NCBI GenBank assembly: GCA_964016885.1 | Contig: OZ024742.1 | Location: 147,188,001-147,252,000, forward strand | Origin: Eledone cirrhosa | Taxonomy: Eukaryota | Direction: 5' to 3' | DNA length: 64,000 nt | Shown: piece by piece, positions 35,887 to 51,558 of the stretch | How the letters are laid out: each line of letters begins with the position of its first letter | Position numbering within the stretch: the stretch's first letter is position 1 | Notes under the pieces: model-generated | Told to the model about the DNA's origin: nothing | The model's input: the letters and a program-made list of their open reading frames with translations, nothing else | Database searches by the model: none | Translations under genes and position numbers: made by a program

Positions 35887-37242
35887 ATGGCAACTCCTAT
35901 ACGCAGACGACCTGACACTCATAGCGGAATCAATGGCCGAGCTAGAGAAGAAATTCCAAACATAGAAGCACGGCCTAGAATCAAAAGGACTTAAAATTAA
36001 CCTGGCTAAGACTAAAGTTCTAGTTTGTAGGAAAGAAAATAAGGTGGCGGTCCCTTCTGGGAAATGGTCGTGCTCAGTGTGTAGGAAAGGCGTAGGTAGA
36101 AACTCCATTTTATGTCCTAAATGCAAAGTATGGGTGCATAAAAGATGTAGTGGGATCACAGGTAAGCTAACTAAGAACATAGATTTTACATGTGGCCAGT
36201 GCTCTGGTGCAATAATTAGCAGCAAGTGCCCACAAAATACTAGCTCTTTCAATTGCGCAGAGGGTTCTATAGAAATAGTGGACAGCTTCCGTTACCTGGA
36301 TGACAAAATCAGCAATGGGTGGAGGGTGCTCTGAAAGTACAGTAGCTAGAGTCAGAACTGGATGGAAAAAGTTCAGAGAGCTTATACCACTATTAGCCGC
36401 TAAAGGGTTCTCCCTAAAAATGAAAGGCAGGCTGTATGATGCCTGCATACGAACAACAATGTTGCATGGCAGTGAGACCTGGGCATTGTGTGCAGAGGAT
36501 ATACGCAGACTAGAGAGGAACGAAGCTTGCATGCTCCGCTGGATGTGTAATAGTAATATACGCGAACGGCAAAGCATAAACGAACTAAGGAAAAAATTAG
36601 AAATAAGAGGGATCAGATGTTGTTTACTCGAGAGAAGGCTACGTTGGTATGGTCACGTGATGCGCATGAAAGACGACAGCTGTATAAAAAAGTGCAGGGC
36701 AATGAAGATAGACGGTAGCCACGGAGTAGGCAGACCCAGAAAAACCTGGGACGACCTGATAAATTCCGACCTCACACACTTACACCTCTCCAAGACAATG
36801 TCACTGGACCGAGATCTTTGGTGGTACTCAGTAATAGAGAAGACCCGCCTTACCTAAATACAAAGTAAAACCTACTACAGTCAGTAGTCATCTCTAACAA
36901 AATACACCCCGTCCCACCACCCCCACCCCATCCACACTGCCCCTTTCAATGTAAAGTTATGTTGGTGCCACAACATCCAGGCTGAAACAAATGAGATCGT
37001 GTAGGTGTCACGACAAAAAAACACACAGTCCACGCTGTAATGTGGCCGTGTAGGCAATACGGTAAAAACCTCCCAGTCCCACACTGTAAATGTGGTTGGT
37101 GTTAGGAAGGGCATCCAGCTGTAGAAAACCTGCCAGACAGTCCTATGTGAGCAAGACAACCACTCTTGCCTCAAGTGGGAAAACTCCCGTCCAAACCCAT
37201 GCAAGCGTGGAACATGGACGTTAAATGATGATGATGATGATG

Positions 37243-37244
<2 letters not shown>
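35887..37244 (+). mobile_element. 5'-truncated RTE family A copy (long-3' subfamily), disrupted
   Basis: Starts at the W(E/Q)LLYADD codons; in-frame TAG near 35963, frameshift near 36320; 3'UTR and (TGA)n tail. Confidence 0.93.
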
Positions 37245-37301
<57 letters not shown>

Positions 37302-37307
37302 CACATA

Positions 37308-37389
<82 letters not shown>

Positions 37390-37392
37390 TAC

Positions 37393-37619
<227 letters not shown>

Positions 37620-37672
37620 TATATACATCTATATATATATATATATATACATATATATATACATCTATATAT

Positions 37673-38047
37673 TAAATACAAAGTAAAACCTACTACAGTC
37701 AGTAGGCATCTCTAACCCCCCCCCCCCCAATCCACACCGCCCCTTTCAATGTAAAGTTATGTTGGTGCCACAACATTCAGGCCGAAACTAATGAGATCGT
37801 GTAGGTGTCACGACAAAAAAACACACAGTCCACGCTGTAATGTGGCCGTGTAGGCAACACGGTAAAAACCTCCCAGACCCACACTGTAAATGTGGTTGGT
37901 GTTAGGAAGGGCATCCAACTGTAGAAAACCTGCCAGACAGTCCTATGCGAGCAAGACAATCACTCTTGCCTCAAGTGGGACTACCCCCGTCCAAACCCAT
38001 GCAAGCGTGGAACACGGACGTTAAACGTTGATGATGATGATGATGAT
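37673..38047 (+). mobile_element. RTE family A 3'UTR-only copy
   Basis: TAAATACAAAGTAAAACCTACTACAGTCAGTAGG...GGACGTTAAACGTTGATGATG; (TA)n on both sides. Confidence 0.9.
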
Positions 38048-38081
38048 TATATATATATATATATACATATATATATACATC

Positions 38082-38107
<26 letters not shown>

Positions 38108-38112
<5 letters not shown>

Positions 38113-38840
38113 TAAAATCCCAAAACAAACTACTTAACGATAGAATTGAACGATCATTATACTGCAACCACAAACTAAAAGCTAAATTCTCTCACTATAA
38201 AATAACTTAACATTCGAACCCGTAACTATAACATCGCTTTCTAGCTAACCACCTTCTCTTCCCCCACACTACAAGACAATACACTGCTTATCACTATAAA
38301 TGGTAACTCAGTGCAATTCGTAGATTACTACTACAAACCCAAAGTTCACTCACCACATAAACTTCGTCTGTCCCCTCTCTACCTCTCTCTCTACATCCAT
38401 TACACTCTCTCTCTCTCGCCTTTGGCCTACCTCCCTCTTCACATCTATGAACCTGCCCTCTGGAGCAATAAATAATTCCGACCTTAACTATCAACGCATC
38501 TCTCCAAAAGTAACCAGTATAATAAAACCCCTACCATAACATTTTGATTAAGATATCTACAAACCACTCTCTCCTACTTCTCCAACCCCTGCATATTTTT
38601 CTCTCTCTCTCCCTCTCCCCTACTTTTCTCTCTTCCTTTTCTACTCTATCTTCCCCAACAACCCCACTTAAGGGTATTTACATTGTACATTTTACCATTC
38701 TGCTCTGAGGATACAGTGGTCACAGCATTGGATATTTGAGTTCTGCAAATACTTGTAAATTTGCACATAGCATAACTAGGCTGTAGTACCACCGTGGAAA
38801 CATTTGTAAGCACACAGAATAAATTACCTTTTTATGATGT
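38108..38840 (+). mobile_element. Probable 3' end of a second Penelope-like family
   Basis: ILKSQNKLLNDRIERSLYCNHK resembles the LLN-x-R-x-E-x4-C-x-H C-terminus I recall from some PLE endonucleases; followed by a CT-rich UTR and a hammerhead-like motif. Confidence 0.5.
38701..38812 (+). ncRNA. Type I hammerhead ribozyme-like motif with an extended stem II
   Basis: TGCT-CTGAGGA-TACAGTGGT...ACCACCGTG-GAAA-C-ATTT-G-TA-AGCA: stem I TGCT/AGCA, 9-bp stem II with one mismatch (closing pair U-G, not G-C), stem III A-U plus C-G, GUA triplet. Confidence 0.6.
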
Positions 38841-38898
38841 CTACCTGTTATTATTCATTCTTTATATATATATACATATATATATATATACATATATA

Positions 38899-39345
38899 TT
38901 TGTTGAGTGAGTTGGAATTTGGCCGGAGTATCGCTAAAAAGCTTTCTCCGATATTGTATTTATTTATTTACTCTTGGTGCAGCAGATTCGAAAAAATTCC
39001 CGGTATAAGATTAGCATTTCTTTGTTTATTTTTTATATATGAATATTGATTGTTCCTTATATCTCATTCTGTTATTTTGCCCAAGAAAATATCTGTGTGT
39101 CATCAAATGTTGTACACACATATTTTTTCAATTTCCAATTGAGTTCTTAGCACGTGGCCTGAATTCCTTTCAGAATTCATTGTCATGCGCATGTATTGTT
39201 TTTTTTGCGGTAATTTACTTCCTCATTTTTTTAATCAGTTTGAGCACTTCTTTAGAACTGCTGGACTGGCAACCTGACAGATACCTCAGGCACAGAGGAT
39301 GATGATTATCGCTAAATACTGATGTTGGTTAGATTATCAATATTA
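38899..39345. repeat. Diverged dispersed repeat homologous to 49907..50370
   Basis: Colinear shared words TTGTTGAGTGAG.TGGAA, AATATTGATTGTT, AATTGAGTTCTT, ACTGCTGGA. Confidence 0.6.
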
Positions 39346-39369
39346 GTATTATTGGGGCACCCACTGATG

Positions 39370-41320
39370 AATTATAGATCTAAAGTCGGCATACTTGCAA
39401 TTGCATATAGAAGCTCTGGTAGTATCAGCTGGTCAGGTATAAGGGCCAGACATATTGCCTGACCAGGCTCGGTTTCGGGCTGAGCTCCTCACCGAAGATC
39501 ATGGCGGCGGTCCTCAAGACGATTCTGGGAAAGGCCGACAAGATGAAGAGGCCCACTAATTCCTACATTGACAACATCCTAGTGGACTGCGAAGCCATCA
39601 GAAGTGTTGGAGAGAAGAGCCACGCTGGGACTTAGGCTACGGCGAGACAGGACGAGCATCTTAGTATTCCAGAGGGGAAATGAAGTTCCAGAATTGGGCC
39701 CAAGTATGAGTAGGTGGGAGCTTTTCTCGGTGTGTGGAAAGTTGGTGGGTCACTACCCGATTGCCGAGTGGCTCCGGACGGCATGCAGCTATGTCAAGAG
39801 ACAAGCGGGAGGGGTGACTTGAAGTGACAGAGTGGGAGAGAGGACGGTGGCCATGATACAGGAGATCGAGGAGAGGGTGAAGGCTGACGACCCAGTGCGG
39901 GGACGCTGGTATGTTCCCAAATTGCAGAGCGGGACTGTATGGTGCGATGCCAGCAGCATAGCGCTGGGTGTCACATTGGAGATAGGAGGTGCTGAGGTCA
40001 AGGATGCAGCCTGGCTTAGGAAGAAGGACGACTGCAACCACATCAATGTGGCCGAGCTGGATGCGGGGTGAACCTCGCCCTGAGGTGGGGACTGCGCACC
40101 ATCGAGATATGCACCGACTCGGCTACTGTACTCAGATGGGTGAGATCAGTGCTCACTAGTGAGAAGAGAGTGAGAATGAGAGGGGCAGCGGAGATGCTGA
40201 TAAAGCGCCGCCTGGGAACTTTAGGAGAGCTGGCCACCGAGTTCGACCTGAGGCTGAGCGTAGTTTTCGTGCCCTCAGAGAAAAATAGGGCAGACGTCTT
40301 AACCAGGGTGAAGAAAGCCTGGATGGAAGCGCCGGAGGAGGTAGAAGAGGAGATAGCTGCCGTGTGTCGGCTGACCGAGTCGGATCTGAAAGGGTTGCAT
40401 GACATGCACCACATAGGAGTGGATAGGACTCTGTTCCTAGCCTGGAGAATCGACTCGGACGTTAACAAACACAGTGTTCAAAGAGTGGTTAGAGGCTGCG
40501 TCCGATGTCAGTCCATTGATCCCGCCCCGGGTGTGCACGAAACAGGAGGCCTCCCGGTGGATCGCGACTGGAAGCGATTGGCAGTGGATGTAACACACTA
40601 CCGACAGGGAACGTACTGTGGACCGGGACGGATGGCGATATGGTGGCAGATGAAGACTGGAACGGCCGAGGAAATCATGCGGACGTTGAGAGAGGTGTTC
40701 TTGGAGCAGGGCCCTGTGGATGAACTGCTGATGGACAACAGCGCAGCATTTCGCTCGGAGGCGCTGAGGGAGATGCTCGAAGGATGGAAGGTGGACCGTT
40801 TCTTCAGACAGTGTACAGGCCGAGCGGAAATGGAATCGTGGAGCGACACCACCGGACGATCAAAGCAATGGCGGAGTAGGGGCCACATTTCACCAATGGA
40901 GGCAGTGTTCTGGTACATGTCCCCTCGGGTGGGACAGGTTGTGGAATTGGTGCCACACAGAGCAGTATTCAGATACGAGTGGCGGCACCTGTGCACGCCA
41001 CCACAACGGCCAGTGGGGAGAGAGAATGCATTCGTGCAGTGGGCGAAGAAGTCTGGGTTAAGCCCCCAGATGCATGTTGCACATCTCAATGGGGAAGGGG
41101 AACGGTGAAGGCCGTAAATTTCCAGAACAATGTGTCCGTGGACGGAGTACCACGTCATGTCCAGGATGTCCGTAGAATTACTGTGTCAACGGACGCCGAG
41201 GAAGAGGAAACCCAATGTGCCGCCCCAACACTGCGGAGATCGCAAAGAAGTCGCAAACCACCAACCTTGACAGCAGACTTTCATATGCAGGAGGACGAGG
41301 GGGAAATTGATCCTTGAGAT
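39370..41320 (+). mobile_element. Decayed Ty3/Gypsy LTR retrotransposon pol (RT-RNaseH-integrase)
   Basis: DLKSAYLQL, RLGFGLSSSP, YIDN (YIDD), WCDASS...HINVAELDA, CTDS, H-x3-H..C-x2-C, LAVDVTHY, LMDNS; many frameshifts and stops. Confidence 0.85.
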
Positions 41321-41334
41321 CGGGGGGGGGGGGG

Positions 41335-41586
41335 TATGGTGGGGTGTGCGGTGGCCGGAAGCTGGAGAGTGCTCGACCGGAAGAGTACTTGACCGGAAGG
41401 GTGCTTGGCCGGAAGGGCCAGCAGGTCGCCCCCTCTCTAGCGGTGATCAGGAACGTGGTGGACGCGAGTTTGGCAGCTCCCGGTGTTAATGAGTTGGATC
41501 GTACGCACGTGGAAGAGGAGAAGCCAGCCATGGGATTTAGCGGCGCCTATGAAAAGCGGTAAGTGAGATAGCTTTTTCTAACCACA
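41335..41586 (+). mobile_element. Putative 3' LTR of the Gypsy element, preceded by a G13 polypurine tract (41322-41334)
   Basis: Begins TATGGT directly after the PPT and ends ACCACA (inverted TGTGGT with one mismatch); no 5' LTR seen. Confidence 0.55.
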
Positions 41587-41594
41587 ATAATACT

Positions 41595-42642
41595 AAATGG
41601 TGTCATAGCAGCAGCATTGCCAACTGCTACAAAGGTAAAAGAGATGCACTAGGTAGAGAAAACTATAGAGGCATCAAGTTGATGGACCAGGTCATGAAAG
41701 TAACAGAAAGATTATAGCACAGCTGATTAGGGACCAGGTTAATCTAGATGAGATGCAGTTTGGATTTGTGCCAGGTAAAAGCACCACAGATGCTCTTTTC
41801 CTTGTGAACCAACTACAAAAATACCTTGCTAAAAGAAAGTTGCTCTACCTGGCATTTGTTGATCTAGAGAAACCTTTTCACAAAGTCCCCCATACCATAA
41901 TCTGGTGGGCTCTTAGAAAACTAGGAGTAGATTAGGGGCTTGTGAAGGCTGTACAGGCCATGTATAGAGAAGCAGTCAGCAAAGTTAGGATTAACAATGA
42001 CAATTTAAAGAATTTAACATGCAGGTAGGCATCCACCAGGGCTCTGTTCTTAGCCCTCTCCTATTTATTATCGACCTGCAAGCTATAACTGAGGAGTTTA
42101 AGACTGGCTACCATATGGAAAGTCCTGGATGCCAATGATCTCACACAAATAGCTAAATCTATGATTCTATGGTAGTATTAGAAAAGAAATTCCAATCCTG
42201 GAAGCATGGCCTAAAAAGCGTCTTAAAGTCAACTTAACAAAGACTAAGGTCCAAGTAAGTGGAAGGGAAAACAGAGCCCTGATCCCCTCGAGGAAATGAT
42301 GTTGCTCAGTGTGTAGGAAAGGTGTAGATAGAAATTCCATCCGCTGTCCCAAATGCACTCTATGGGTACACAAAAGATGTAGTGGGATCTCAGGTAGTTT
42401 AGCTAAGAATGTAGGTTTTACAAGTGGCCATTGCACGGGAGCAGTAGGCAGTAAACACCTACAGTAAACAAGTGCTATCAAATTCTTGGAAGGTAGAAGC
42501 ACTAGACAGCTTCTGCTACATGGGTGACCAAATTAACAGTGGAGGTGGGTGTTTTGAAAGTACAGCAGCCAGAATAAGAACGGGATGGAAGAAGTTCAGG
42601 GAGCTACTACCACTGCTAGCTATAAAAGCCTTTTCCCTCAAA
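41595..42642 (+). mobile_element. Older, degraded RTE RT fragment
   Basis: NYRGIKLMDQVMK, MQFGFVPGKSTTDALF, AFVDLEKPF, RIRTGWKKFRELLPLL; several stops and frameshifts. Confidence 0.85.
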
Positions 42643-42660
42643 ATATATATATATATATAT

Positions 42661-43040
42661 CATTTCATTTTACGTCCGCTTTTTCCCTGTTTGCAAGGGT
42701 GGGACGGGAACTGATTCTGGCTTGATTTCTACAGCTGGATGCCCTTCCTAACACCAACCTCATTTACAGTGAGTCCTGGGTGCTTTTTTGCCGTGGTGCC
42801 TACACGTCCACTTTACAATGTGGGCTGGATGCTTTTTTGTCGTGGCACCTCCACGACCACTTTGCAGTGAGATGATAGGGACCCCAGTCCCTATCATCTC
42901 ATTTCTACAGCTGAGTAAACTAGAGCAATGTGAAATAAAGTGTCTTGCTCAAGGAAACAACACATCACCCGGTCTGAGAATTGAACTCACAACCTTTCAA
43001 TTGCAAGGCCAATGCTCTAACCACTAAGCCATGTGCCTCC
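42661..43040 (-). mobile_element. Second copy of the CORE-like SINE with RTE family B tail
   Basis: Reverse complement of 35484..35823 with one extra ~48-bp module; 15-bp perfect hairpin at 42868-42901. Confidence 0.85.
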
Positions 43041-43052
43041 ATATATATATAT

Positions 43053-44418
43053 ATGGGAACTCCTATACGCAGATGATCTAACACTCATAGCGGAATCAAT
43101 GGCCGAGCTAGGGAAGAAATTCCAAACATGGAAGCACGGCCTAGAATCAAAAGGCCTTAAAATTAACCTGGCTAAGACCAAAGTTCTAGTTTGTAGGAAA
43201 GAAAATAAGGCGGCGGTCCCTTCCGGGAAGTGGCCATGCTCAGTGTGTAGGAAAGGCGTAGGTAGAAACTCCATTTTGTGTCCGAAATGCAAAGTATGGG
43301 TGCATAAAAGATGTAGTGGGATCACAGGTAAGCTAACTAAGAACATAGATTTCACATGTGGCCGGTGCTCTGGTGCAATAAGTATCAGCAAGTGCCCACA
43401 AAATACTAGCCCTTTCAACTGCGCAGAGGGCTCTATAGAAATAGTGGACAGCTTCCGTTACCTGGGTGACAAAATCAGCAGTGGGGGAGGGTGCTCTGAA
43501 AGTACAGTAGCTAGAGTCAGAACTGGATGGAAAAAGTTCAGAGAGCTTATACCACTATTAGCCGCTAAAGGGTTCTCCCTAAAAATGAAAGGCAGGTTGT
43601 ATGATGCCTGCATACGAACAGCAATGTTGCATGGCAGTGAGACCTGGCATTGTGTGCAGAGGATATATGCAGACTCGAGAGGAACGAAGCTTGCATGCTC
43701 CGCTGGATGTGTAATAGTAATATACGTGAACGGCAAAGCATAAACGAACTAAGGAAAAAATTAGAAATAAGAGGGATCAGATGTTGTTTACTCGACAGAA
43801 GGCTACGTTGGTATGGACACGTGATGCGCATGAAAGACGATAGTTGTATAACAAAGTGCAGGGCAATAAAGATAGACGGTAGCCACGGAATAGGCAGACC
43901 CAGAAAAACCTGGGACGAGCTGATAAACTCCGACCTCACACACTTACACCTCTCCAAGACAATGTCACTGGACTGAGACCTTTGGCGGTACTCAGTAATA
44001 GAGAAGACCCGCCTTACCTAAATACATAGTAAAACCTACTACAGTCAGTAGGCATCTCTAACAAAATACACCCCCGTCTCACCACCCCCACCCCATCCAC
44101 ACCGCCCCCTTCTATGTAAAGTTATGTTGGTGCCACACCATCCAGGCCGAAACAAATGAGATCGTGTAGGTGTCACGACAAAAAAACACACAGTCCACGC
44201 TGTAATATGGCCGTGTAGGCAACACGGTAAAAACCTCCCAGACCCACACTGTAAATGTGGTTGGTGTTAGGAAGGGCATCCAGCTGTAGAAAACCTGCCA
44301 GACAGTCCTATGCGAGCAAGACAATCACTCTTGCCTCAAGTGGGAAAACCCCCGTCCAAACCCATGCAAGCGTGGAACATGGACGTTAAACGTTGATGAT
44401 GATGATGATGATGATGAT
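43053..44418 (+). mobile_element. 5'-truncated RTE family A copy (long-3' subfamily)
   Basis: WELLYADD...PHD-like finger...MLHGSETW, frameshift near 43647, premature TGA at ~43974, (TGA)n tail. Confidence 0.93.
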
Positions 44419-47882
<3,464 letters not shown>

Positions 47883-47906
47883 AATGCAAACAATGTATAT
47901 ACATAT

Positions 47907-48954
47907 AATGCAAACAATGGGTACACAAGAGATGTAGCGGGATCTCAGGAAGCTTAATTAAGAATGTAGGATTCACATGCAGCAGCTGTGCTGAAACAGC
48001 AAGCAAACAGCCACAGGAAACAAGTACCACCAATCTCTGGGAGGGCCCTGTAGAAACAGTAGACAGCTTCTGCTACCTAGGTGACCGAATTAGCAACGGA
48101 GGTGGGTGCTCAGAAAGTACAATAACTAGGGTAAGAACGGGATGGAAGAAGTTTAGGGAACTACTACCACTGCTAGCTGCAAAAGGCTTCTCCCTCAGAA
48201 TGAAAGGCAGACTGTATGATGCGTGTATCCGAACAGCGATGTTGCATGGTAGTGAGACCTGGGCGCTGAAGGTGGAAGACTTACGTAGATTAGAGAGAAA
48301 CGAAGCCTGCATGCTCCGATGGATGTGTAACAGTAATATACGTGAACGACAAAGCATAAATGAATTGAGAGAGAGACTGAGCATAAGAGGAATCAAATGC
48401 TGCGTGCAGGAGAGGCGGTTACGCTGGTATGGGCATGTGATGCGTATGAAGGATGACAGCTGCATAAAAAGGTGCAGAGCACTAGAAGTTGATGGAAACC
48501 GCGGAGTGGGGAGACCCAAGATGACTTGGGATGAGGTGATAAAAGCCGACCTTACCCAACTACACCTCTCAAAGTCAATGACACACGACCGTGACTTCTG
48601 GCGTCACGCAGTAATACAGGGTACCCGACCTCCCATGGGTGCATGCTGAAGCATATAAACAATATGCCCCCCCCCCCCCACCGCAAGGTGGTCGTGGAGG
48701 TGCCACGGCAAAAAAGCACCCAGCCCACACTGTAAAGTGGACGTGTAGGCGCCACGAAAAAGCACCCAGCACTCACTGTAAATGAGGTTGGTGTTAGGAA
48801 GGGCATCCAGCTGTAGAAATCAAGCCAGATCAGTTCCTGTATGAGCAAGGCATGGTCAGCCGACCAGACACTGCCCACAACAGGACAACCCGTCTAACCC
48901 ATGCTAGCGTGGAAGAACGGACGTAAAACGGTGATGATGATGATGATGATGATG

Positions 48955-48956
<2 letters not shown>
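47907..48956 (+). mobile_element. 5'-truncated RTE family B copy
   Basis: CKQWVHKRCSGI..., RVRTGWKKFRELLPLL, MLHGSETW, GRPKMTW, 3'UTR, (TGA)n tail. Confidence 0.92.
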
Positions 48957-49030
<74 letters not shown>

Positions 49031-49031
49031 G

Positions 49032-49062
<31 letters not shown>

Positions 49063-49117
49063 GTATATATATATGTATATATATGTATATATATGTATAT
49101 ATATATGTATATATATG

Positions 49118-49172
<55 letters not shown>

Positions 49173-49173
49173 G

Positions 49174-49204
<31 letters not shown>

Positions 49205-49321
49205 GTATATATATATGTATATATATGTATATATATGTATATATATATGTATATATATGTATATATATGTATATATATGTATATATATGTATATATATGT
49301 ATATATATATGTATATATATG

Positions 49322-49356
<35 letters not shown>

Positions 49357-49479
49357 GTATATATATGTATATATATATATATATGTATATATATGTATAT
49401 ATATATATATATGTATATATATGTATATATATATATATATGTATATATATGTATATATATATATATATGTATATATATG

Positions 49480-49514
<35 letters not shown>

Positions 49515-49643
49515 GTATATATATGTATATATATATATATATATGTATATATATGTATATATATATATATATGTATATATATGTATATATATATATATAT
49601 ATGTATATATATGTATATATATATATATATATGTATATATATG

Positions 49644-49674
<31 letters not shown>

Positions 49675-49675
49675 G

Positions 49676-49706
<31 letters not shown>

Positions 49707-49719
49707 GTATATATATGTG

Positions 49720-49750
<31 letters not shown>

Positions 49751-49794
49751 GTATATATGTATATATATATATGTATATATATATGTATATATAT

Positions 49795-50703
49795 GAGATG
49801 TATTTTAATTATGTCTCATATAAAATAATACAACTGGCTATCCTCAAAATACATATAGTTAGCACCCCAAATGTAAAATTGGGATTATACTAAGGTATAT
49901 CCTAATGTTTGTTGAGTGAGATGGAAGCCAGTCAGAGTATAGCTTAAAACTTTCTCTGTTAATGTATTAAATATTATACTCTTGATTTGGCCAGAGATGA
50001 ATATTTCCAGATACCTTTTAAGTGTAACTTTCTGGATTTATTATTTCTATGAAATATTGATTGTTATTCCGGTGTCATATCTCTGTTTTTAGCCTAATAA
50101 AATACCTATATGCGTGTATAAATAATACATGCATATATTTATTTTTTTTAAAATCTAATTGAGTTCTTCACACGCAAGGTTAAAATTGTTGAAAAAATTA
50201 ATTGACCCGCGTGCATATTATTTTATTTTCTTGTGTTTCACGATGACCTCCCCTTTCCGCTTGATGACAGTGTGAAATTTCTCATTCTGAGACTGCTGGA
50301 ATTTCAAATTTGGCGGTCATTCTGATACGGAGAGGGTCCATCGCTGAACATTGGATATCGGTAAGAAAATTTTTTTTATATCGGTGTTTGACGGGCATCC
50401 ACTGATGATTTATAAGTGCCCACCTGCATATATTCCTACGGACTATGTGTAGGCTTCTACATAACCTGGACACATTTTTCCCAACTTGTAGAAAACTTAT
50501 AATGAAACAATTGTTTGGAAAGGGAGATGTATTTTAATTATGTCTCATATAAAATAATACAACTGGCTATCCGCAAAATACATATAGTTAGCACCCCAAA
50601 TGTAAAATTGGGATTATACTAAGGTATATCCTAATGTTTGTTGAGTGAGATGGAAGCCAGTCAGAGTATAGCTTAAAACTTTCTCTGTTAATGTATTAAA
50701 TAT
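49795..50703. mobile_element. Unclassified ~900-bp element bounded by 180-bp direct repeats
   Basis: 49795..49974 equals 50524..50703 with one mismatch; (TA)n on both sides; interior homologous to 38899..39345. Confidence 0.6.
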
Positions 50704-51052
50704 ATATATATATATATATGTATATTCTTTGTTAACAACCTTTGCACTTTGCTACAAACCTTATCTTATGTCTCACTATCATATGATGCTGTTAGCCTTG
50801 AATATAAAAATAAAATAAATAATACATATTTATAATAATGTTTTTTTTCTTTATATTCAAAAAAATATTTCTTTTGTGAGTTACTTCAGGTTTTTTTTAT
50901 TTTTGCTATTTTTTTATATAATTTTCTCTTAATTGTAAACTTGACCAATTTTTTTATTATGTTGGGTGAAGTGTAGTTGAGCTAATTAAAAGCACATTAG
51001 GATTTGAACTAAAAAATGAAAATGATGATACAATAATATGTGTTGGTGATTC

Positions 51053-51558
51053 CACACTGTAATGTGGTCATGTCGGCAACACAACAAAAAGTGCCCAGTC
51101 TTGACTGTAATGTGGTCATGTCGGCAACACAACAAAAAGTGCCCAGTCTTCACTGTAATGTGGTCATGTCGGCAACACAACAAAAAATGCCCAGTCTTCA
51201 CTGTAATGTGGTCATGTCGGCAACACAACAAAAAGTGCCCAGTTTTCACTGTAAAGTGGTCGTGTCGGCAACACAATAAAAAGGGCCCAGTCCACACTGT
51301 AAAAGGGTCATGCTGGCAACACGACAAAAAGTGCCCAGTCCACACTGTACAGTGGTTGTGTAGGTGACACGATAAAAAACACCCAGCACACACTGTAAAT
51401 GTGGTTGGCATTAGGAAGGGCATGCAGCTGTAGAAACCAAGCCAAAATCAGTCCAGGGTGAGCGAAACACTGTCCTCTGACCTGATTCTCTCCCAAAGGG
51501 TCGGCCCGTCTTACCTGTCCTAGCGTGGAAAATGGACGTTAAATGATGATGATGATGA
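51053..51558 (+). mobile_element. RTE-type 3' end with 8 tandem 48-bp modules
   Basis: ACTGT recurs at 51056, 51104, 51152, 51200, 51248, 51296, 51344, 51392; then GGAAGGGCATGCAGCTGTAGAAA...GGACGTTAAATGATGATG. Confidence 0.85.

Noticed and set aside
41598-41606. TGGTGTCA as a tRNA primer-binding site after the LTR
   Set aside because: It follows a 3' LTR, is ~11 bp from the LTR end, and is better explained as the start of the degraded RTE fragment.
51053-51410. Regular 48-bp repeats as a CRISPR array
   Set aside because: Units are contiguous with no unique spacers, match the RTE 3'UTR module, and the context is eukaryotic with no cas genes.
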